Shown here: positions 27,753 through 39,357 of the stretch, one piece after another | Position numbering within the stretch: the stretch's first letter is position 1 | How the letters are laid out: each line of letters opens with the position of its first letter | Assembly: GCF_036588685.1 (NCBI RefSeq) | Contig: NC_086382.1 | Location: forward strand, 75,206,001-75,270,000 | Origin: Mytilus trossulus | Taxonomy: Eukaryota | Reading direction: 5' to 3' | DNA length: 64,000 nucleotides | Made by a program: the position numbers and the translations under genes | The notes under the pieces: generated by a model | What the model saw: only the letters and a program-made list of their open reading frames with translations | Told to the model about the DNA's origin: nothing | The model's database searches: none

Positions 27753-30484
27753 TGTTGGAAATCACGCATAGAATAGAACGTTTACGTTACGTGGCATTAT
27801 TCAATGTATATCCAACGTTGTGTACTTATGACGTTAATTTGTACTTTAGTCATCAATACAAATTCATACAGTTTAGACGTCTTTGTTATTGCATGCAGTT
27901 TTTAGTAAAATGATATTGGTACCGTGACCAGATGAAGATGACTACAAAGCTTAAATCTATTCGAGCGGGACACAGAAGCGCAGTTTCTAGGATGTTAAGA
28001 AGATTTGAGAAGAGAAGTGTAAAAGAAGAAAAACCGGAAGAGGACGAGCTGGAAACAATTTTGGATACATTAAAGGAAAAGCAAGATATTCTAAAGGATT
28101 TGGATAAGAACATTTTGGATAGTGTACAAGAGGAGGATATAGAGCAAGAGATACTTGACACAGATGAGTATAAATTTAATTTAGAGACGAAAATACGCAA
28201 AATTCGTAAACTTATTCACGTTAAAACATCAAATTTAAATGCAGCCGCTAGAAGTTTTTCGCCGCACAATGAGACACTACAACTCATTCAAAATGTTGAC
28301 CCCGTATATAACAGAAGAGATGACTCACAAAATACTGGCCACAATTTCACGTCTTTACGTTTAAATTCTAGCGTCAATAGCAGCAATTTTCATAAACTAC
28401 CGAAATTGAATTTACCTACGTTTGATGGAAACGTACTTGAATGGCAATCCTTTTGGGATTCTTTTGATTCCGCAATTCACACCAACAACACACTAACCGA
28501 AGTTCAAAAGTTCAACTACCTAAAATCTTTACTAGAAGGAGAAGCGACATATACCATAGACAGATTTGCTCTTACGCACACAAAGTACAACAAAGCTATT
28601 GAACTCATACATGAAAGATTCGGACAAAAGCATAAGATAATTCAATCGTACATGCAAGCACTACTAGACATACCCGCACCAAAGAATACGCCTTCACAAC
28701 TTAGAAGTTACTATGACAGAACAGAGAAATACATAAGAGAGCTTGCATCTCTTGGACAAGCCCAAGACTCGTACGGCTCGTTATTAGTACCAGTCATACT
28801 CAACAAAATGCCCAGTGAAATACGCAAAAACTTAAAACACGTGAGCAGGGTTCAACAGATTGGTATGTTGGTGATCTTAGGAGATCAATCTTTAAGGAGC
28901 TGGCCATTTTAGAGTCTGGTACAGAAACATTTGAAAGTCCTAGTACTACAGCTACCTTCTACACAAACACAAAATCTCGCGAAAACTGGCCAAAAACCAA
29001 TTCACCACAGAAATCTTATCAAATTAGCTGCGCATACTGCAAGGAACCCCACTTTTCGTCAGAATGTACTAAATATAAAGACCAGAATGACCGCATGAAA
29101 ATTGTTAAAGAAGATAGATTGTGCTTCAATTGCTTAGGGCGACACCGCGTAGTAGATTGCAAATCTATATCAAACTGCAAGAAATCTATATCAAACTGCA
29201 AGAAATATGATAGACGTCAACACACAAGCCTATGCAACAACGACCATGATAAAGAAACTACAAGTACAAGTAGTACAAGTACAATACACAAACACAACGC
29301 GGAGGAATCTGAGACTTCTGTTTTATATTCATCTTTAAATTGTGATCGCCCAAATGTTTTATTAAAGACAGCAATAGCACCAATAAGCTACAAAGACCAA
29401 ACGATTGATGCAAAGATCCTTTTTGACGAAGGCGCCACAAGGTCATTTATTACAAGACATTTAGCGGAGAAATTGGAGTTAAAAACCACAGGAAGTAAAG
29501 CAATCACGCTATCTAGATTTGGAGACGATAATGAGAGCAACTCTTTTGAACAGCTAAACAAAGCTACAGTGAAGATAAAAACTATATATGGCCAAGAAAT
29601 ACCAGTCGATGGTTTGATTGTACCTAAAATCGCCGCACCATTTAAGACAAACATTGAAACTGCAAAACAGTTATCATGTTTGCAAAACGTAAGCTTAGTT
29701 CACGCCGTTACGGTGGATACATCATTTGAAATTTGACTGCTTGTTGGAGCTGAACAATACTGGGATATTTTCGAGGATGATATCATTAGGGGCGAGGGAC
29801 CAACAGCAGTAAAGTCCAACTAGGAAACTTACTCTCGGGACACCTCAAAAGAACCAGTTCAAACAACGAAACACACTTTAGCACTACCAATGTAGGAGAA
29901 ACGGAAGAGACACACACTACCGAGGATACAACAGAGAGGAATACTATAAACATTGAACAAATTTCTACAATTATGGACACTTCAAGGACAAAACATAGAA
30001 CCAAGTAAATGAAACAGACAAACCAGCTTTAATGTGGACAAGAGACAGTAACAAAAACAAACGCTTTTACGAGGATTAACAAGGAATGGGAAAATCAAAA
30101 TCTCAGTTCAAAAAGCTTAACTTATAGCAGGAATTGGATTACAGGGAGAAACTTACAAGAAAAAAAAAGTATAATCTGACACTTCACTATAACAAACTGT
30201 GGTTAAAAGTTTTAATTTTAATGATGGACTTTAAAGTTTATTACATTTTATTATTCTAACGGAAAAACTTTAATTATTTTACAAGTTTTAAATTTTCACT
30301 TTTCGTGGGCCGGAGAATGTTGGAAATCACGCACAGAGGAGAACGTTAACGTAACGCGGCATTGTTGTATATCCAACGTTGTGTACTTATGACGCTATCT
30401 TGTACTTTAGTCATCAATACAAATTCATACAGTTTATAAGTCTTTGTTATTACATGCAGTTTTTAGTAAAACAACTTTACAATA
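27753..30484 (+). mobile_element. Short BEL/Pao LTR retrotransposon (gag-protease only)
   Basis: LTRs 27753-~27915 and 30318-30484 start TGTTGGAAATCACGCA. 5-bp TSD ACTAG (27748-27752, 30485-30489). tRNA-His-like PBS TGGTACCGTGACCAG (27917-27931). Purine tract 30307-30317. Confidence 0.9.
27932..29840 (+). pseudogene. gag: BEL/Pao gag plus aspartic protease, frameshifted
   Basis: KLPKLNLPTFDGNVLEWQSFWDSF (DUF1759-like); zinc knuckles CAYCKEPHFSSEC and CFNCLGRHRVVDC; protease ILFDEGATRSFI. No RT, RNase H or integrase follows. Confidence 0.85.
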
Positions 30485-30599
30485 ACTAGTAATACCGGTC
30501 TATAATCTACATCCACCACCATACCCGTAATATGTAAAGACTAATACCGGTATATAATCTACATCCACCACGTGCCATACCCGTGGATATAAAGACTAA

Positions 30600-31143
30600 T
30601 ACCTTCTTCACCTGCATATGGAATATACATTTCCCAACTTATTAGGTATCAAGAGCTTGCAGCTCCTATTCGGACTTTGTAAAACGTCACCACTGTCTGA
30701 GCAGAAAGTTGATGAACCAGGGGTATGTCAAAGAACGTCTCATCCTTCTTCTAAAAAAAGTTCACCGGACGATACCCAGAACTTGTTGATAAATATTCCG
30801 TATCAACTTTACAAATAATACAAGATGGTCTTGAAGTATAGATTTTGCGTACTGACGTCGGGTTATCATCTTAATAACGTGTTATAGTATTCTTTTATTT
30901 GTCTTTATTAATATTACTTGTACTGTTAAGTCAGTTTTTTTTATATATATTCTTTTGGAGTGCCCCTGTGGTTTTGTAAAACATCATACTTTGAACGACA
31001 AAATTATTTCATTTACTATTATTACTTTTACGTATTATCTTGAATACTATGAATGACAAAACTATTTTATTCATAAATCCTACATTTTTTGTAAAGTCTG
31101 TTTTTTATGATATACATTTGACGTGAAACTGTACTTATGTATG
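30600..31143 (+). mobile_element. Duplicated 5'-truncated Penelope-like RT C-terminal fragment
   Basis: Copy of 32061-32603 at offset about 1462, including the same satellite junction. Confidence 0.7.
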
Positions 31144-31266
31144 TTTAATTTCATGTTGTTTCTAAATATGTATTTTAATTTATGTTTTGTCTATTATCCA
31201 TTTTGTTTGTAATTCATATGCCTATAAGGGCCCTTTGATTAGGAAAAAAACATATTTGATTTTGAT

Positions 31267-32065
31267 TATAAAGACTAATACCGGTCTATTATCTACATCC
31301 ACCACCATACCCGTGGTATATAAAGAGGAATACCGGTCTATAATCTACATCCACCACCATACCCGTGGTTTATAAAGACTAATACCGGTCTATTATCTAC
31401 ATCTTCCACCATACCCGTGGTATATAAAGACTAATACCGGTCTATAATCTAAATCCACCCACATACCCGTGGTTTATAAAGACTAATACCGGTCTATAAT
31501 CTACATCCACCGCCATACCCGTGGTTTATAAAGACTAATACCGGTCTATAATCTAAATCCACCCACATACCCGTGGTTTATAAAGACTAATACCGGTCTA
31601 TAATCTACATCCACCACCATACCCGTGGTTTATAAAGACTAATACCGGTCTATTATCTACATCAACCACCATACCCGTGGTTTATAAAGACTAATACCGG
31701 TCTATAATCTAAATCCACCACCATACCCGTGGTTTATAAAGACTAATACCGGTCTATAATCTACAGCCGCCACCATACCCGTGGTATATAAAGAATTATT
31801 CCGGTCTATAATCTACATCCACCACCATACCCGTGGTATATAAAGGATAATACCGGTCTATAATCTACATCTACCACCATACCCGTGGTTTATGAAGACT
31901 AATACCGGTCTATAATCTACATCCACCACCATAACCGTGGTTTATAAAGACTTATTCCGGTCTATAATCTACATCCACCACCATACCCGTAATATGTAAA
32001 GACTAATACCGGTATATAATCTACATCCACCACGTGCCATACCCGTGGATATAAAGACTAATACC
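31267..32065. repeat. 52-bp satellite, middle block
   Basis: Same unit, about 15 copies. A further ~2 units lie at 30486-30603. Confidence 0.95.
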
Positions 32066-32786
32066 TTCTTCACCTGCATATGGAATATACATTTCCCAAC
32101 TTATTAGGTATTCAAGAGCATGCAGCTCCTATTCAGACTTTGTAAAACGTCACCACTGTCTGAGCAGAAAGTTGATGAACCAGGGGTATGTCAAAGAACG
32201 TCTCATCCTTTTTCTAAAAAAAGTTCACCGGACGATACCCAGAACTTGTTGATAAATATTCCGTATCAACTTTACAAATAATACAAGATGGTCTTGAAGT
32301 ATAGATTTTGCGTACTGACGTCGGGTTATCATATTAATAACGTGTTATAGTATTCTTTTATTTGTCTTTATTAATATTACTTGTACTGTTAAGTCAGTTT
32401 TTCATATATATTCTTTTTGGAGTGCCTCTGTGGTTGTGTAAAACATCATACTTTGAACGACAAAATTATTTCATTTACTATTATTACTTTTACGTATTAT
32501 CTTGAATACTATGAATGACAAAACTATTTTATTCATCAATCCTACATTTTCTGTTAAGTCTGTTTTTTATGATATACATTCGACGTGAAACTGTACTTAT
32601 GTATCCCGTCATACTTTGAACCAAACAACTATTTTATTTATTATTATTACTTTTACTGTAAAATCTGTTTTGTTATATCTACTTTAAGTGACTATACATG
32701 TACGTAGACGTCATACTTTGAACGACAAAATTACTTTTATGTCTATTTATGATATTTATCTATGATATTTATTTACACCTGTACAG
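32061..32786 (+). mobile_element. 5'-truncated Penelope-like retroelement fragment (RT C-terminus plus 3' region), left part
   Basis: Translates IPSSPAYGIYISQLIRYSRACSSYSDFVKRHHCLSRKLMNQGY...KK-(fs)-FTGRYPELVDKY...DGLEV*. It joins the satellite at shared ATACC. Confidence 0.65.
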
Positions 32787-33501
32787 CACAGCAGACGCAC
32801 CTGTTTTTCGCACGGAGATAATATTTTAGATATTATTGTTTAGTTCCACAAAGTTTTAGAAAACTTTTAGTATTGAGTTTTAATACACTGCACTCACATT
32901 TCCCTGTCATTTATTGCATTTTTCAAAGTCAAGTGATAAGTTAGATTCGACATTTTTTTTTTTTTTTTTTTTCCACACCTTGCCCGGGAAAAAATGGCCG
33001 CCATTATGTTTTAGAATTTTTTTATCCCTTTGCCTCTGCCTTACACATTTGTTCACTAGTAGAGCTAATAAAGCTTTTCTGGAATATAAATAGATAATTC
33101 TAGGAAAATATAAATCAGCAAAACAAAGAATAACATTGGCTTTTCAAACCGAAGTTAAATCCGTTACCCAACTGAGCCTTCCAACGGTGGGAATATCCAC
33201 GACGCGTTGGCTCTTTGGGTTTTAACTTACTGATTATAATTTTATTCATTTGCTTATCAACATTGGCATTTTACTTGTAAACGAAATACTCATTCACTGC
33301 TTGAACTTTGCTTGAACTCTGCAAACTTGCTTCGCATTATCATCATCATATATTATTGGCACATTCTCATAAAAACAACGATATAAAGATAACAACATTG
33401 CTTTTGGATCACCGTAGACTTGCTTTGCATCCTCATTAAATTTTATCACATTCGTCAATTCAATAGTAGTAAACTTCACATCATAGTTTCTCCAGATATT
33501 C

Positions 33502-34235
33502 ATGTCGGAAGGCAAATTAAAGAAATATCTAAAAAGACCACTACCTCCTATTATTGGTAATAAAAAACTTACACCTGTTATCCTAACTGACAGCAAAGGA
33601 TTCGGCCTATGGGATCAAGTGTCCACACAAACAGAGTTAGAAATCAGGTGGTGGTGTAAGTCTTCCCGTACATCACAGAAGGCTTTCACGTGGCTACAAC
33701 AAAACATAGCACAAAATATCGAACGTATAGGAAATATACATTTATACGTCTGGTTAGGCACCTGTGATCTTACAACATATGATAGTAAATTTATATCTAT
33801 CACAAGTGAGCAAAACATCATTCAGCAAATCACTGATATTTATCAAGAAATAGTTGAGTTTCTAAAATCATATCCAGGCTGCAAAATTACTTTTCTCGAA
33901 ATTCCGCCATATTCTATCATCGATTTCAACAGCTATAAAAAACACGATAATCCATCAAGCTTCAAAAATCAGGAGGAACAATTAATCAAAAACGTGCAGG
34001 AATTAAATAACAACATCCGTTATATCAACTCTACTTAAGACATTTTATCACCTAATTTTGCCATTGATATCAACCATCACCACCAAGAAAAAACGTCAAA
34101 GTCTAAAAAGCTAACCCTCAGAGACAACTATATGTTCAAACTATATACAGGGACGGAATCCATCCTAAACCAGCATTGTCGAAAGTTTGGCTAAAGAAAC
34201 TGGCAACGCAGATACAAAGACAGTGCTGGGGTTAA
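33502..34235 (+). pseudogene. SGNH/GDSL esterase-like ORF of the LINE (one stop, one frameshift)
   Basis: Block I ILTDS, block III WLGTCD, and block V DGIHP at 34152 after the stop at 34038 and a frameshift. Ends RQCWG* at 34235. Confidence 0.75.
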
Positions 34236-34705
34236 TATCATAGACAACGGTGGGAATATCCACGACGTGCTCCCTGGTTCAACCTCTGCATCTGCAAGTT
34301 TTCTCAATCTCAGCTTAATCCGACAACCCATTGAGCCTTCCAACGGTGGGAATATCCACGACGCGTTGGCTCCTTGGGCATTAGGTTATATGTGTACACT
34401 TATTTTCATCTCATATTCATTTATGTTATACCAACCTATTCCATAACTTGAACCCTTGCGTCTCATCTTCCTGCTTTATATAATCTCATATATATCTGCC
34501 TCCAGCATATAATCTTCGCTTAACTACATATATTACTTGGCTACAACATTCTGCTTTACCGCATCATACTTGCTTATATAACATAGAATTTTACATCAAC
34601 AAATACTGGTACATTAAAATCATCTTTGTCATACAATCATTAGAGTGGCAACATTCTATTGCACACCACCTCACCTTTGTAGTCGGATCACACTATCATT
34701 CAATT

Positions 34706-36579
34706 ATGGCCGCACCAAGTGTTCCAACAAGACGGATAACTCGCATGAACTCTGGCAACAATCGCAAACCCATTATACAAAGACTACATACATGTACTAG
34801 ACAAAAACAAAGCCATTCACAGGAAAAATGATGCATGCTCAAAATCGCACATCGAATCCACCATGAAGCCTGGCAACAATTTGGTATTAGAATTTAGTAC
34901 AGCAGCATATGAGCTTGCCAGACTTGGTCTAAACAAAATGATAGACAATTCCACACAATAGTTTGGCCTAATTAGACACAGTGAGGAAAATCTGGACGCC
35001 AATGTTGACTCATGTATCAGTCTATAACCGAAAAAATGACAATACCCAGGGCAAAACTCTAAAATTTGTTATAAATCTTTATCATACCAGCTCAAGAATG
35101 GTCATTAATGGCTCAAGAGTAGATCTTTACATGGCTGAAATTCATGATAAATTATGCGACGAGCTTGCTATAAATGGTCACATGCTGTCAATTCTTAACG
35201 ACAACATCGCTTCAACTATTTCAACGTCAAATGGAGTGGGCGCAGATCAAAACCTTCCGGCAGCTAACATAATCTGTCGAGACAATATTGCTGATTTAGC
35301 CATTGAATTTAGGGATGATGAATGTCAAGATTCTAAACATGATGATATAGACATTTGTCCAATTTGCAACACAACCTCACTTCTAGACACTATTGAATGC
35401 ACTGAGTGCTCTTTATGGATTCATTATCATTGTGCTGGATTATCGCAATCGTCTGTTGATGCCTTAAATGCACTACCATTCATATGCTCTCTGTGTACTG
35501 ACAATATGTTGTATCAGGTTGACTCGTCAGCTTGTGACAGATTTCAAACTCAACAAATGGTACCATGTTCTTCTGTCTTGGTCAATGACAATAACGTAGA
35601 GGCCTCTCCGCCAATCTATGAAGCGAGTGACAATGAAGAGACAATTGTAAAAGAAATATTTATCCCACATGCTACACATGATCAGAGATCAAAGATCAAC
35701 TCCACTGTGAACTCGTCATCTAAAGGAAATGAAAATAGTCCTCAAACTCCTCCCACTTCTGAACAACCATCAACAGAGAATTTACAGAGAAAGGCAAAAC
35801 GTCAACCTCCTAAAGCAGCAAAATCAAAAAACATAAACATTGAAGACAAAGCATATATTATCAAGCTAGAAAATGAGATAAATAAGCTAAAATCAACTAT
35901 AGAACTTCAGAATACCCTCAAAAGCTTGCAAGAACAGCAACAATCATCATCTTTCAGTGCAAACAATATTCAACAATCCTCTCTGCCAAATCCGCAAACG
36001 TCAAATATTGGTAGCTCAAACATAGACGACCAGAGAATAAGAATGCTTGAGTTTCAAATAATGCAAAACATGTCAATGAACAACATGCTTGCTAACCAAC
36101 AAATGCAAATGATGATGCAACAACAACAGCTAATGCAGCAATCTTTTCTTCATTCCACTACTGGTTTCTCTACTTATCCTCACATGGCAACTCCAAGGCA
36201 TATTCCACCTCCTCCTGGGTATGTGCCAATTGTAATACCAAATTCAGTTCCAAATGGTAGATATGCTACTCCTGGGGTCTCGTATCATCACCCCCAATAT
36301 TATCGACATTTCCAGCCTCCTCCATATCCACAGTTTAATGCTCCGCAAAATCAACAACATCAGAATGTATATCAATCTTACAATAGCCAGCATATTCAAA
36401 GGGACTCGAGAGTAAACTTGCCACAACCTAATCCGACAGCGTCTCAGACAGACAGGCGCCATAGGCCACAGCAAAGTAAGAATCAGAACAAAAGTCAAAT
36501 TCCTCCTAGGCATCATAATAGCAATAGACATCAAATTCCCAAAGAAGTAATAACAAAACATAGGCATCAGGGAAAATGA
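34706..36579 (+). pseudogene. LINE ORF1 with PHD finger, coiled coil and Q/P-rich tail (5' frameshifts)
   Basis: CPIC...IECTECSLWIHYHC...FICSLC (C4HC3) and YIIKLENEINKLKSTIELQ. Probable start ATG at 34706, upstream of the tracked ORF. Confidence 0.8.
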
Positions 36580-37400
36580 GAACCTGACACATATACATCA
36601 AATGCAGAGTAAAGAGGGTTCTCCACTATTTAACTCGCCGAGCGATATCCCATGTGATTTCTCTGCAGTCTTATCTCCTCATGTTGGCTAACGTCCTATG
36701 CAAACCATATCGTCCTCAAACTACGTATACCCTCTTCAACCAGATGTAACAACAGTTGTAACCGACAGGGTCTGTTTCTGAACCTGTAACATCTAACAAC
36801 TCTTGTTTAGGGATCATCCAAAACGACATACCACCCGATCTAGGACTAAGCGAAGACCGGCAAAATCACCATCTCTAAAACCAACTTCTCATATTAATGC
36901 TGAAGAACATCTTAGATTAACAACAATTAATATGAAAGGGAAGGGAAATGCATTATTTATAAACTCACTAGAATCATCTTCTGACATTATTTGTATCCAA
37001 GAACATTGGTTATATGAATTTCAAAAACAATCATTATGTAATGTTCTACTAAATATGGACTAGATGTAGTGATACAAATGAGGAAATTTCGAATTTTAAC
37101 CGGCCAAGAGGCAAAGGTGGTGTTGCAATAGCTTGGAAAAGATTCTTGACTCCATCCATTTGTGAAATACCATCGGGAAACAACAGGATAATTGCAATTG
37201 AGCTGAAACCACCAATGAAGATCTGCATCATTTGTGTATACATGCCTACAAATAATTCTGGGGACTCATATTTAGAATACACAGAGTGTTTTGATGTTAT
37301 TAGCTCTCTTCGAAAAATGTACTCAGTATCGCATAGAATCGTCATTATTGGAGACTGCAATGGAACATTAAAACAGCCTAGAAACTACAACAAACATGAT

Positions 37401-39357
37401 GGGATAAGGAAACTTAATATAAGTCATTGTCAACTCAGAAATAATGCTAGCAACCTTAAATCTCATTTATTTAATCAGTTCTTATCTGAGAACACTTTTT
37501 GCACAAACTGTAACCATCCTGTTGAGGATAACAAACATTTCTTTTTTATTTGCCCTAAGTATAATGATGTAAGACAGATCCTTCTTGATTCCATTTACTC
37601 CATTGTTGATAATGTTGACATAAATATTGAATTACTACTTTTTGGAAACAGATTATTATCATATGATATGAATATTGCTATTTTTAAATCTGTTCAGAAA
37701 TATATCAGTGACACTCAACGTTTTGTTTGAAACTTACTTAATTTTTGTTTCATCTAGTCTTATTTTTTATTTTTTTATTTTTTTTCCTACACTCCAACGT
37801 TAATTCATTTATTCCACTAAGCAAGCTTATTGTCTCCTTCAAGCCATATATATATTTCTAATGACTTATAAAGGATATTTGCATGTTTCAAGGTAATTTA
37901 AATAACTGATGATTAATTGCCTATATATTTAGGTCTTTCCACTTTTCTGTGGAAAGACCTATTGTTTTTCTTCTGATTATTTTTTTTTTTTTTTTTTTTC
38001 TTCCGCCTAATTTTGTTCTTGCGATAAACATTTGTTTCGCAATATGTCGCTTAGATATTTTGTATATGATATCGAACAGTTTATGCGCTTTTGAAATTTA
38101 CCCTGTGTAAATGAATACTTTTCTTTGTAGGAGTTATCTCCCCAAACACTGTTTTCCTTGTTAGCGCATCTCCTTCGCAACCGTAAAAGATTATGACAAA
38201 TTTATTTTACAAAATTGCTCGTTATATCCTTCGCATGATTTGTCCTATTTTGACCGAAGCGATATGACCGCTCCATATGAGAGTTATTTCCCCTTATGCA
38301 TCTGATATAAGTGATATGAATTTCTATCTTATAAATCATAAGTGATAGAGACCTAGGATCTTTTGATTTGAGGTCCTTGGTCCCAAAAAATGAAAATTAG
38401 GTCAAGGTCAAAGGTCAAGGTCATATTCTAATATTTGAATTTGGCTTATTTTCACTTATATCCAAAGACTGTATAAGATATCAATAAATTATTTTTACTA
38501 AATTGTTAGTTGCGACATGTCGTAAGATGTAAATTTTGATTGCAAGCGTACGTTGAATGTAAAAGGGAGTTTTCTCGACTCTTGTATTTAAAAATACGCG
38601 TTATGTGATATAACTCATTAACTAAATATAATTGAGACCTATGGTCTTTGGTTTGAGGTCCTTGGTTTATGACCTTGAAATTGATCTCAAGGTCATAGCT
38701 TAATTTGACGTTCTAGATTTTGACCTTTGCTTTTATTCTATATGTATACATGATAAAGATATACAACTTTTAGAAAAAGGAATCAAACCATTTAACCTTG
38801 AAAAAAACAACCGGAAGTGAACTTTTGTAAACCGGAAGTAGCTATTTTTTTGTACTTTATTAATATAAAAGTATATAGAACCAGATATTTTTGGAACCAG
38901 GGTCAAGTAAATATTCAAATATAATCGGAAGTAACATTTTTCAAACCGGAAGTAACAAATTATCTCCCTTATTTAAAAAAAATGTATGAAAACAATATAT
39001 TTTTGGAATCAGCTTACTAGGAGCTATCATTTGACGATTGGAATGACATTTTAAACTTAGTTTCACAACTTTTCATATCAAAATACATTGTTTTGATGGA
39101 AAGACCTTCAATTGTTCTCTGAACAATTGGTTTTTAATTATTTATACTTTGCATTTATTAAGTAACACTGCTAACATATTTTGCTCGTGTGTGCTCACAA
39201 GTAGCATGCATGTTCCACTAAATTGCATTATTTTAAATACAGTTGTTGTAATTGAATCATACCTTGTACATGTATTATGGAGAGAGCTTATATAGGCTGT
39301 GCCTGTTGCTCAATCCTTTTCATATCTTAATGAAAATATGTTTAAAATTAAATCAAA
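37401..39357 (+). mobile_element. 5'-truncated CR1-like LINE inserted into ORF2
   Basis: 12-bp TSD AACAAACATGAT (37389-37400, 39358-39369). Encodes an ORF2 C-terminus (CTNC...EDNKHFFFIC...LLFGN...YISDTQRF*) plus a 3' UTR. Confidence 0.85.
37928..39135 (+). mobile_element. Helentron-associated (HINE/DINE-1-like) element
   Basis: 5' subTIR AGGTCTTTCCA (37931-37941) with adjacent inverted copy (37950-37960) and a T-run. 3' subTIR TGGAAAGACCT (39097-39107), hairpin CAATTGTTC-TCT-GAACAATTG (39109-39129), then poly-T. Confidence 0.85.

Noticed and set aside
33166-33220. HDV-like ribozyme
   Set aside because: GCC-UUCCAAC-GGU resembles P3/L3, but no P1, P1.1 or J4/2 could be placed. It is kept only as an unclassified hairpin.
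37146-37730. Novel endonuclease-zinc finger fusion protein
   Set aside because: It is a chance in-frame junction between the RTEX APE and the inserted CR1 tail at the 12-bp TSD.
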